DNA of 61,837 nucleotides, taken from positions 1,592,767 through 1,654,603 of the forward strand of contig CP070670.1 in the NCBI GenBank assembly GCA_020351855.1, read 5' to 3'. The DNA is from Gemmatimonadota bacterium (GTDB taxonomy: Bacteria; Gemmatimonadota; Gemmatimonadetes; Palauibacterales; Palauibacteraceae). A program made the translations under genes and the position numbers. Positions within the stretch are counted from its first letter, which is position 1. Each line of letters starts with the position of its first letter. The notes under the pieces are model-generated. The model did not search any database, was not told where the DNA came from, and saw only the letters and a program-made list of their open reading frames with translations. Positions 27,095 through 35,488 of this stretch are shown one piece after another.

Positions 27095-28495
27095 TCAGAC
27101 GACGTCCTCCGGGAAGTTCTCCAGGACCTCCTGCACCTTGTTGAGGAAGAAGGCGGCCATCGCCCCATCGACAACGCGGTGGTCGTAGCTGAGTCCGAAA
27201 TAGGCCATGTGCCGAATCCCAATGGCGTCCCCGCCTAGCTCGTCGCGGACGACGATCGGCCGCTTCTCGATCACTCCCGTGCCCAGGATCGCGACTTGGG
27301 GCTGGTTGATGATCGGGGTGCCGAAGAGGTTCCCGAACACGCCTACGTTGGTGATCGTGAAGGTGCCCCCCTGGATGTCATCGAAGTCGAGCGTGCGGGT
27401 TCGGGCCTTCTCGGCCAGAGTGTTAGCCCCCTCCGCGAGGCCCATCAGGCTCAGGCGGTCCGCGTTGCGCAGAACGGGCACGATGAGCTCCTTCCCGTCA
27501 TCGAGAGCCACGGCGATCCCCAGGTTGATGTCGGCGTGGTACACGATCCGGGTCCCGTCCACCGACGCGTTGAGAATCGGGTAGGCCTTCAGGCCCTCGA
27601 CGACGGCCCGCATGATGAACGGGCCGAACGTCAGCTTGACGCCCTCCGCCTCGAAGCTCGCCTTGAACTTCTTGCGCAGCTGCACGACCCGTTCGAAGTC
27701 GATCTCGGTCACCGACGTGACGTGCGCCGAGACGTGCTGCGACATGAGCATGTGCTCCATGGTGCGCAGGCGCACCCGGCTCATGTCCTCGACGCGGTCT
27801 CCCTCCCGGATGGGGACCTTTGGCAGCTTCACTTCCAGGGTGGCACCGTGGATCGGGAGCCGGAGTACTCCCGCTTCGCCCGCAGCGGGAGCAGGGGCCG
27901 GGCCGGCGCCGGAAACCACCGGCCCTCTTGGGGGAGCGGGGGCCTCGGCGGGCTGCGCCCCGCGCGCGTCGATGAAAGAGAGGATGTCGTCCCGCGTCAC
28001 CCGGCCGGCAATGCCCGAGCCCTCGAGCTGCCCGATGTCGACACCGTGATCGGCGGCGATCTTCCGAACGAGCGGTGTGGACCGGGTGCGGAGGCGTTCT
28101 TCCCGCGTGCCCGGAGCCGGACCCTCTTCGGGAGGAGCGGCGGCGGGCACGGCTGCCGGCTCCGCGGGCTCGGCCGCCGGCTCCTCGGGCTCGGCAGCTG
28201 GCGGCTCTGCGGGTAGGGCGGGCTCGGGTGTCGGCTCCGCGGCAGCGGCCTCCTTGGAAGTCTCAATGCGGGCGACGATCGTGTTCACCTCGACCGTCTC
28301 CCCTTCCTGGACGAGGATCTCCGCTAGTGTGCCGCTGGAGGGAGACGGAATGTCCGCGTCGACCTTGTCCGTGGAGATCTCGAACAGGTCCTCGTCCCTC
28401 TCCACCGCATCTCCCACCTGCTTCAGCCACTTCGTTAGCGTTCCCTCTGCGATCGACTCCCCCATCTGGGGCATGATCACGTCGACCTTGGCCAT
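27095..28495 (-). CDS. 2-oxoacid dehydrogenase E2 (dihydrolipoamide acyltransferase)
   Basis: Lipoyl domain STDKVDADIPSP, Pro/Ala/Glu linker, E3-binding TPLVRKIA, catalytic YDHRVVDG. Confidence 0.95.
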   Translation of the reverse strand: MAKVDVIMPQMGESIAEGTLTKWLKQVGDAVERDEDLFEISTDKVDADIPSPSSGTLAEILVQEGETVEVNTIVARIETSKEAAAAEPTPEPALPAEPPAAEPEEPAAEPAEPAAVPAAAPPEEGPAPGTREERLRTRSTPLVRKIAADHGVDIGQLEGSGIAGRVTRDDILSFIDARGAQPAEAPAPPRGPVVSGAGPAPAPAAGEAGVLRLPIHGATLEVKLPKVPIREGDRVEDMSRVRLRTMEHMLMSQHVSAHVTSVTEIDFERVVQLRKKFKASFEAEGVKLTFGPFIMRAVVEGLKAYPILNASVDGTRIVYHADINLGIAVALDDGKELIVPVLRNADRLSLMGLAEGANTLAEKARTRTLDFDDIQGGTFTITNVGVFGNLFGTPIINQPQVAILGTGVIEKRPIVVRDELGGDAIGIRHMAYFGLSYDHRVVDGAMAAFFLNKVQEVLENFPEDVV

Positions 28496-28555
28496 CTACC
28501 GTTTCTCCTTCCCTGATTGGGCGACCTGCGGTCAGTCAGCTACCCGTCCGGGCGC

Positions 28556-29608
28556 CTAGTAAGCCAACAGCCAGCGGGCGGCGCTGACGATGTCATCGGT
28601 TTGCGGCAAGTAGTGCTCCTCGAGTGGCGGCGAGTAGGGAATCGGGGTATCCAGAGCGGTGACCCGCCGTATCGGCGCGTCCAGCCATTCAAACGCCTCC
28701 TCGCAGATCTGCGCGGCGATCTCCCCTGCAAACCCGCCGAACCGCGGCGCCTCGTGCACGATCAGGACCCGGCCTGTACGCCTCACGCTGTCGACGATCG
28801 ATGGAGTATCGAGCGGCCGCAGCGTTCGCAGGTCGAGGATCTCCAGCTCGCACCCGTCCTCGTCCGAGATGGTCCTTGCGGCCTCTTCGGCCTTGTACAG
28901 CATGGCACCGTACGTGACGACCGTAAGGTCGGACCCCGGGCGGTGGGTCCGGGCCACGCCGAGGGGGACGACGATCTCCTCATCCGTCGGCAGCGCCTCC
29001 TTGATCCTCCGATAGAGGTACTTGTGCTCGAAGAAGAGAACGGGATCGGGGTCCCGGATGGCTGCTCTCAGAAGTCCCTTCGCGTCTCGTGCCGTAGCCG
29101 GTGCCACCATCTTGAGGCCTGCGACGTTGGCGAAGTAGGATTCCACGTTCTGCGAGTGAAACGGGCCCGCGTGCGCTCCTCCCCCGCACGGCCCCCGGAT
29201 GACGAGCGGTGCGCCCACGCCCGTCCGATAGCGGACCTTCGCCGCGAAGTTGACGATCATGTCGAACGCCGGCGCGATAAAGTCGATGAACTGCATCTCG
29301 GCGATCGGCTTGAATCCCATGTGCGCCGCACCGATCGCGGCGCCGACGATGGCGGCCTCGGAGATCGGGGTGTCGATGACCCGGTCCGGACCGAACTCTT
29401 CCAGGAAGCCCTCCGTGATCTTGAACGCTCCCCCGTACGTTCCGATGTCCTCACCCATGATGAACACGGTCGGATCCGTCTTCATCTCCTCCCACATGGC
29501 CTCGCGGATCGCCTCGAGATAGGTCGTTTGCCTCAAGCCGGCACGCTCCGGCTGCGCGCCGTCCGGCGCTGCCTGCATCGCCTCGCCCTGCCCCGTCGAT
29601 CCGGCCAT
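28556..29608 (-). CDS. 2-oxoacid dehydrogenase E1 beta subunit
   Basis: GEDIGTYGGAF, DTPISE, EMQFIDF, HSQ, DPDPVLFFEHK, DLRTLRPLD; ATG 29608 overlaps the E1 alpha stop. Confidence 0.95.
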   Translation of the reverse strand: MAGSTGQGEAMQAAPDGAQPERAGLRQTTYLEAIREAMWEEMKTDPTVFIMGEDIGTYGGAFKITEGFLEEFGPDRVIDTPISEAAIVGAAIGAAHMGFKPIAEMQFIDFIAPAFDMIVNFAAKVRYRTGVGAPLVIRGPCGGGAHAGPFHSQNVESYFANVAGLKMVAPATARDAKGLLRAAIRDPDPVLFFEHKYLYRRIKEALPTDEEIVVPLGVARTHRPGSDLTVVTYGAMLYKAEEAARTISDEDGCELEILDLRTLRPLDTPSIVDSVRRTGRVLIVHEAPRFGGFAGEIAAQICEEAFEWLDAPIRRVTALDTPIPYSPPLEEHYLPQTDDIVSAARWLLAY

Positions 29609-30639
29609 CAGCCCGATTCGTGCGTCTGGAGGTCCGGATACACCATCGGGCGGCGGGTCCATGGCGTCGGCTCGCTCTCCCCGGGGACCGCCGGGACGGC
29701 AGGCTTTTCCAGACCCGTCCCGACGCTTCCCAGCGCCTCTTCGACCGCCAGGTCGAGCTCACGGCGGACGCCCTCTCTCAGCACGGCGAGGGAGGGGCGC
29801 GACTCGAACCCGGTCTCGACGAGATAGGACTCGAAGCCGGTAATGGGATCTCGTCGGGCCCATGCCTCGAGCGCCTCCGCGTCGTGCTGCGCGCCGGTGT
29901 CGTCGGCATGAGCCTGCATCCGGTACGTCTCGGCCACGATCAGGCTCGGCCCTTCGCCGCGCCTCGCTCTCTGTACGCCGCGCAGCGCGGAGTCATAGAC
30001 CTGGAGCACATCGTTGCCATCCACCGACTCTGCCGGCAGGCCATAGGCGCCCGCCACGTCCAGCCAGTCCGTGACCGCCGCCTGGCGATCGCTCCTCGTT
30101 CCGGATGCCCAGCCGTTGTGCACGAGAAGGACCAGCACCGGCAGCCCCTGCACCGCGGCGAAGTTGAGCCCTTCGTGCGCAGCCCCAGTGCGGCTCGCCC
30201 CGTCTCCCAGATAGGCCAGGCACACCCGCGGCTCGGCGCGCAGGCGGAAGCCGAGCGCGACCCCGTTCATGACGCAGAGCTGCGTGCCCAGAGGCCCGGT
30301 TGGTCCGAGCACGCCGAGAGCCGGGGCCGTGAACCGATCCGCCTGATCCGAGCTGCCGACCGGGGAGCCACTCATGGACAGGTGGCGAACCAGCACCTCC
30401 CGCGGTGCCAGGCCGCGAACGAGCACGGCCCCCAGCTCGCGGCTCGATGGGGCAACCCAGTCTCCCTCCCGGAGGGCGAACGCGCCCCCCACGCCCGTCG
30501 CCTCCTGACCGAGGCTTCGGATGGGCGGTGCGGAGACCCGTCCGTCGTGCCACAGCCGCTCCAGCCGCTCCTCCAGACCCCGCGTGAGGAGGAGGTGGCG
30601 GTACAGCTCTCGGAGCTGGTGCCTGTTGAGTGAGGACAA
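29608..30639 (-). CDS. 2-oxoacid dehydrogenase E1 alpha subunit (TPP-dependent)
   Basis: GQEA, GDGA...HN TPP motif, VDGND, TYRMQAH, DPI. Confidence 0.9.
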   Translation of the reverse strand: MSSLNRHQLRELYRHLLLTRGLEERLERLWHDGRVSAPPIRSLGQEATGVGGAFALREGDWVAPSSRELGAVLVRGLAPREVLVRHLSMSGSPVGSSDQADRFTAPALGVLGPTGPLGTQLCVMNGVALGFRLRAEPRVCLAYLGDGASRTGAAHEGLNFAAVQGLPVLVLLVHNGWASGTRSDRQAAVTDWLDVAGAYGLPAESVDGNDVLQVYDSALRGVQRARRGEGPSLIVAETYRMQAHADDTGAQHDAEALEAWARRDPITGFESYLVETGFESRPSLAVLREGVRRELDLAVEEALGSVGTGLEKPAVPAVPGESEPTPWTRRPMVYPDLQTHESG

Positions 30640-30703
30640 GATGCTCGATTTTCCCTAGTGGTGACGTCCGAGCGCGCGCGCGGTCCTCTGCGACGGTCGA
30701 GCG

Positions 30704-30732
30704 AACATACCGCAGCGCGGCTGCCCGTTCAA
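30704..30732 (-). promoter_or_regulatory. Sigma70 promoter of the E1a-E1b-E2 operon
   Basis: Minus strand TTGAAC (30732-30727), 17 nt, TATGTT (30709-30704). Confidence 0.65.
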
Positions 30733-30892
30733 TCCATCGTTACCATCTCGCCACAACCCTTCGGGCGACTAACGGTAACAAAACGCGGCCGCTTTACTTA
30801 CGCGCTTTACGTCGTTCGATCAGTATTTCCAGGGCGCGGGATCGAGCCCGGGGAGGCTGGGCGTCGGTCGTCTGCCTGTGAGATCTGCTTCC

Positions 30893-31894
30893 CTAGGGTG
30901 CCCTCTCGAAGGGGAGTTCGGTCAGCTCGATCTCCGGCTCACCGTCCGGATCCCTGGAGAGGAGGCTGCCCGGAGCAATATCGGCGCGCGCCAGGCCGAG
31001 ACCGATGGAGCCGAAGCGGGGCGATTCGGCGATCGAGGTGACGCGTGCTCGCTGCCGCTCACCGACGAAGAGGGCCGTGCCCGGAGGAAGCGGGGCACTT
31101 GGGAAGCGGAAGCCTCTCAGAATCCGGTTGACGTGTCCTCGAAAGTGAATCCGCGCGACGACCTCCTGTCCGGTGTAACAGCCCTTGTCGAAGCTGATCG
31201 CCCGGTCGTCCTGTCCGGTCTCCTGGGCCAGGTTCTCCTCTCCGAAGTCGACTCCGAACTGGGGGATTCCCCGCTCCACTCTCCGGATCGTCCAAGCCTC
31301 GGGACCTATCCTCTGCCCGCCCAGCTCCTCCGCGGCAGCGGTTAGGGCGGACATCGTTTCCCGGTGCCGCCCGTCCACGACATAGAGATCGTAGCCCGGG
31401 GCCTCGATCGGCTCTCGAGCCACGAGGTGGGCCGCAGCGGGATCGAGGACCCTGCACTCCAGCGGGGCGAGGCCGTCCGTTACGCGCTCCCCTGCCCAGC
31501 CGTCGATGACCGCCCCGGCAAGAGGGCCCAGGATCCCGATGCGACGGACCGGCGACTCGGCTACGGAGGCGTGGATCGGGGGAACGTACTTTCGCAGGTG
31601 CGCTAGGGCGCTCGCCCGACAGGCAGCCGGGATGTCCAGCCAAAACTCGGCTGCCAAACAGAGGAGCCTCATCTCCGCGACCGGCCGACCCTTCGGGGTG
31701 AGCATGAACGCGTAGAGGGCCCTGTTCACGGGGAGCTGGTTGACGTCGTTCGTCGTCAGACCGTGCAGTGTCTCGCGCGCCCTGTCGCCTTCAACGCGGA
31801 TCAGGGTGCGCTGCTCGGTCTCGTCCAAGAGAGCCGCGCTGTGCAGCATGGCCTCGTAGGCGGGCGTCGGGACGGTCCTCACATCCTGAGACAC
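30893..31894 (-). CDS. ygfZ: YgfZ/GcvT-family folate-binding protein
   Basis: LTTNDV, LTPKGRP, ERGIP, signature FDKGCYTGQEVVARI. Confidence 0.92.
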   Translation of the reverse strand: MSQDVRTVPTPAYEAMLHSAALLDETEQRTLIRVEGDRARETLHGLTTNDVNQLPVNRALYAFMLTPKGRPVAEMRLLCLAAEFWLDIPAACRASALAHLRKYVPPIHASVAESPVRRIGILGPLAGAVIDGWAGERVTDGLAPLECRVLDPAAAHLVAREPIEAPGYDLYVVDGRHRETMSALTAAAEELGGQRIGPEAWTIRRVERGIPQFGVDFGEENLAQETGQDDRAISFDKGCYTGQEVVARIHFRGHVNRILRGFRFPSAPLPPGTALFVGERQRARVTSIAESPRFGSIGLGLARADIAPGSLLSRDPDGEPEIELTELPFERAP

Positions 31895-31934
31895 GGCATT
31901 TCACAAGGGGTTGAAGAAGTGCGGGCTCTCCGAT

Positions 31935-31967
31935 AAGAAAGCGGTCCCCGGCTGAGCCGGGGACCGC
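31935..31967 (-). terminator. Intrinsic terminator downstream of the OmpA lipoprotein gene
   Basis: 12-bp stem GCGGTCCCCGGC/GCCGGGGACCGC followed on the minus strand by TTTCTT. Confidence 0.75.
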
Positions 31968-32062
31968 CACGAGCTTCCTGCCCTACTCTCTGGTCTTGCG
32001 CTAGCTACTGCTTCTTCAACGGAGGCCTGCGCCGCCGCGCAACGACCATCGGGAAGAGCGGC

Positions 32063-32713
32063 TTACCTTCCGAGCTCGCCAGCCCGACCATCCCACTCGA
32101 GGACGAAGGTCACCCGACGGTTCTCGATTCCGTTCTGCGCGGTTTGGGCGCCAGTGTTACCCGGGTTGACCTGCCGGTTGGCGACCTCGCCGTAGCTCAC
32201 CGCGCGCAGCCGATCGGCGTTCATCCCGGCGTCGACCAGGTAGGAGCGGACGTTCCCGGCACGGCGCTGACCGAGCGCGTAGTTGTACGCCACCGATCCG
32301 GCCTCGTCGGTAAAGCCCTCGAGCGTGACCAGCGCGTCTCCGTGCTCCCGCATCATGACGCGGGCGAACTCGTCCAGGACCGGCTTGTCGACATCGCGCA
32401 CGACGTCGGAGTTGAAGTCGAAGTAGACCGGCAGGCCGAGAGCCATCCCGCCGCAGCCGCACTCCTCGAACTGCCGACGCAGCGCGGCGAGGTCATCCTC
32501 CAGCGCGCTCACGCGACTCTCCAGGTCTGCGACGGCGGCACCGAGACCGGCCAGGCCGGCCAGCTGTGCGGCATGCTCGGCAAGGCTGCTGTCGAGTCCA
32601 GCGAAGCGGGCGTCCAGCTCCTCTACGTGGACGAGGTGGCTGCACCCGCCGGCCATCAGGACGGCGGCCAGCACCGCGACTGCAGTCTTGAACGAACTTC
32701 CCTTGTTACCCAT
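32063..32713 (-). CDS. OmpA/Pal-family peptidoglycan-binding lipoprotein with coiled-coil stalk
   Basis: Lipobox LMAGG-C, heptad region, VYFDFNS, LEGFTD...YNYALGQRRA, VSYGE, NRRV. Confidence 0.92.
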   Translation of the reverse strand: MGNKGSSFKTAVAVLAAVLMAGGCSHLVHVEELDARFAGLDSSLAEHAAQLAGLAGLGAAVADLESRVSALEDDLAALRRQFEECGCGGMALGLPVYFDFNSDVVRDVDKPVLDEFARVMMREHGDALVTLEGFTDEAGSVAYNYALGQRRAGNVRSYLVDAGMNADRLRAVSYGEVANRQVNPGNTGAQTAQNGIENRRVTFVLEWDGRAGELGR

Positions 32714-32969
32714 GCAGGCCTCCCTTCAGGGAACTTGAAGCCATGTCGAGCGCAGACGTCGCGACTCGATGTACGTTTCGCGCGAATGGGGGGGCCTCGT
32801 AACGTGTACGACCAGGCCCGATTGCGCAAGTGGTCCCACCGCCAATGCACCCGCGACGGTCTGCAAGGACGGGGCCACGCTGACCCTGTCCAAGCCCCAC
32901 GGCCCTCTTACTTTACCTCATCCGATCTCACAAGGGAACCCCCACCGGCCGCAACCCTTCGACGGGGAG

Positions 32970-34154
32970 CTAGGTCTCTTCCATCGGCTGAATACCGCGG
33001 TCCGCCGACCGGGTCGATTCATACCAGCGGATGGCGCGGCGCCAGCCCTCCTCCGTGGAGACGGCCGCTGTCCAGCCGAGCTCCCGGACGATCAGGCTGC
33101 CGTCGTATGGATCCCCCTCCGTGAACAGGCGGATCCGGTTCGGCGTGAGCCCGAGGGGTTGCGAACGGGGAAGGATACGATGAACGGCCTTGGAGATCCG
33201 GGCGGCCAGCCCGACGAGCCGAGCGGGCAGCGGAAGCACCGGCGCATCGGGACCTCGCCCGGCGGCCATCCGAAGCAGCGTCTTCTGCGTGAGCGTCCCG
33301 TCGTCCGTGACGTTGTAAGTGCGCCAGCGAGCCTTCTCCCGCGTAGCCGCCAGCCACACCGCATGCGCGACGTTGCCCGCGTATACCAGGGGCAGATCGC
33401 TGCCTCCGCTTCCGAGACAGGCCAGGACCGGTCGGGAGGCCCACCGGAGGACACGGGGCGTAAAGAGACGATCCCGCTCTCCCATTACCATGTCGGGCCG
33501 GAGGATGCACCACTCGATCCGCCGCTCCGCCTTGCGAACGACCTCCTCCGCCACCCGCTTGGTCAGGCTGTAGTGGTCGCTGTCGGGGATCGGATGATCG
33601 AGCGGAAGGTCCTCGCCGAGCGGCAGCTCATCGGTGGCGGTGGGCGCACCGTATACCGCAACGCTCGACACGTGCACGAATCGTCGAGCGCCCGCACGAA
33701 GCGCTTCCTTGAGGATCCGCCTCGTTCCCTCGACATTCACCTCCACGTGCTGCTCCATGCTTGCCGGAGCGCCGAGCTGTGCCGCGGCGTGGATGACGAC
33801 TTCGCAGCCCTCAGCCGCTCCGCTCATCGAGTCGGGGTCGGTCAGATCGCCGACCACGAACTCGCACCCGAGCTCCTCCAGGAAGGACGCATCGCTCGAC
33901 GGGCGAATCAGGGCGCGGACGTTCCATCCCATCTCCCGAAATCGAGCCGCGACGTGGCTGCCGATCAGTCCGCTGGCGCCCGTGATGAGAACGGAGGCGG
34001 CCAGGGCGTCGACGTCGGCTCCGCTGGCTGCATGGCGATCCGGATCGCCCTCGCTGCCGGGTTGGCCGAACTCCGAGCCGGCAGCCGCTTCACCCTCCGG
34101 CGATGGCGGGGTCTCGAAGAGCGAATAGGAGCCGTCGTCTCTCTGATCCTGCAT
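32970..34154 (-). CDS. NAD-dependent epimerase/dehydratase (extended SDR)
   Basis: TGASGLIG, HAAA, HVSSVAVYG, YSLTK, LRPDMVMG. Start uncertain. Confidence 0.88.
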   Translation of the reverse strand: MQDQRDDGSYSLFETPPSPEGEAAAGSEFGQPGSEGDPDRHAASGADVDALAASVLITGASGLIGSHVAARFREMGWNVRALIRPSSDASFLEELGCEFVVGDLTDPDSMSGAAEGCEVVIHAAAQLGAPASMEQHVEVNVEGTRRILKEALRAGARRFVHVSSVAVYGAPTATDELPLGEDLPLDHPIPDSDHYSLTKRVAEEVVRKAERRIEWCILRPDMVMGERDRLFTPRVLRWASRPVLACLGSGGSDLPLVYAGNVAHAVWLAATREKARWRTYNVTDDGTLTQKTLLRMAAGRGPDAPVLPLPARLVGLAARISKAVHRILPRSQPLGLTPNRIRLFTEGDPYDGSLIVRELGWTAAVSTEEGWRRAIRWYESTRSADRGIQPMEET

Positions 34155-34270
34155 TTATTGACCTGCCGATCAGGAGTTGCAGCCTCCAGCCTCGGGTTCT
34201 CGGTGGCGCATCGTCCTGCCGAGTCCGCAGAGGATCGATAACGAGGCACGTGGGGCGAAGAGCAGAGAGG

Positions 34271-34303
34271 AAAAGAAAAGGGCGCGGCCTCGTGGCCGCG
34301 CCC
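34271..34303 (-). terminator. Intrinsic terminator of the outer-membrane protein gene
   Basis: Minus strand GGGCGCGGCC-acga-GGCCGCGCCC followed by TTTTCTTTT. Confidence 0.9.
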
Positions 34304-34363
34304 CCTTCCTGGCGCCGGGAAGTCTGAAGCGAAGGAATGCCCGGCGGATCTGCGTCCTTTGCC

Positions 34364-35116
34364 CTACAGGACGTTGATCCGGATGTTCAGCCCGACCGGG
34401 ATGTCGATAAAGGTTCCGAACGGCTCGACACCCGGGTACAGCGAGGTGATGGGCTCCGTGTCATCCTCGTTGCCGAACATGACGTTGCCGCCGCCGAAGA
34501 TGGAGATCTCGCCGCAGACCCTCGCGCGCGCCGCGGTGCAATCGCCGACCTCGAAGCCGAGCCGGATGCCGCCCTGGAACTCGGGATACGCATCCTGCCA
34601 GTCGATGAGGCAGAAGCCGTTGACGCCAGCGCAGCCGAGATCACCCGTGTCCGTTGGGCTGCTGTCTCGCAGATCCACCTTCTGGGAGTTCACGAAGACC
34701 GCTCCGCCCAGCAGGTAGAGCTGGAACTTGAACTTGCTGTCCGGCTTGTTGATGAAGTCGAAGTCGAAGCCGCCGTTCAGGTGGTACAGGGAGATGTTCG
34801 GCGCCCCGTCGATGTCGCTGCTGCTCGGCCCGAGCGGAACCGCGACCGCGAGGTTGTCCTCGTTCCCCTTGAGCAGGTCGACGCTGCCGCCGAGGCGAAG
34901 CGCGAACAGGTCGCTGACGGCGTAGCCGAAGCCGGCGCCGAACATGGGACCACCCTTGGCGATGTCACCGAGGGCGCCGGTCGGGATCGCATAGCCCCCA
35001 TTGACGTCGAACGACCAGATCTTCGACGCGTACGCCTGAGCGTTCGCGGCCGATGGGATGGCCACCATGACAACAGCCGCCATCAGGAGCGAGCGGAGTA
35101 ATCTGTAGCGGAGCAT
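34364..35116 (-). CDS. Outer-membrane beta-barrel protein (about 8 strands)
   Basis: Signal peptide (ANA-Q), alternating aromatic/Gly strands, strong SD AAGGAGG, own terminator. Confidence 0.8.
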   Translation of the reverse strand: MLRYRLLRSLLMAAVVMVAIPSAANAQAYASKIWSFDVNGGYAIPTGALGDIAKGGPMFGAGFGYAVSDLFALRLGGSVDLLKGNEDNLAVAVPLGPSSSDIDGAPNISLYHLNGGFDFDFINKPDSKFKFQLYLLGGAVFVNSQKVDLRDSSPTDTGDLGCAGVNGFCLIDWQDAYPEFQGGIRLGFEVGDCTAARARVCGEISIFGGGNVMFGNEDDTEPITSLYPGVEPFGTFIDIPVGLNIRINVL

Positions 35117-35258
35117 GTCGTTTCTCCTCCTTGCTTCAGTGCGTCCCGAGTTTAGTTGCCGTTGTCACGGATGGGACGGGAGAGCAATATCGGCTCTACG
35201 CCGTTACGCGGTAGTCTGCTCTAAACACACGACCGCCGCGCAGACGCAAGTTTGTGTC

Positions 35259-35264
35259 ATTATA
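35259..35264 (-). promoter_or_regulatory. Putative -10 element for the beta-barrel gene
   Basis: Perfect TATAAT on the minus strand about 140 nt upstream of the ATG; no recognisable -35. Confidence 0.45.
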
Positions 35265-35488
35265 GGGAATCACGCAAGTGCCGCGTGTCCCTTGCAGCAA
35301 GATGAATGCCCTTTGTTCGCACGGTGATCCGCGGAGCCGGGCCAGGATTGCAGAACGCTGCAAGCCCTGCCGCACCCATCAGCCCCCCGCCTCGGACGCG
35401 TCTCGAGGCGACATCCGCGGCCTCAGCGTCCCGTTCGACCGCAAAATCTAACCACAAAGACGAAATAAAGGAACAGCGCTACAAGGCC

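Noticed and set aside
28130-28260. Tandem DNA repeats in E2
   Set aside because: They encode the normal Pro/Ala/Glu flexible linker.
35117-35255. c-di-GMP-I riboswitch (GGCAA, CTAAAC and GGGACGC words present)
   Set aside because: Elements are in the wrong order and spacing, and there is no GNRA tetraloop/receptor pair.
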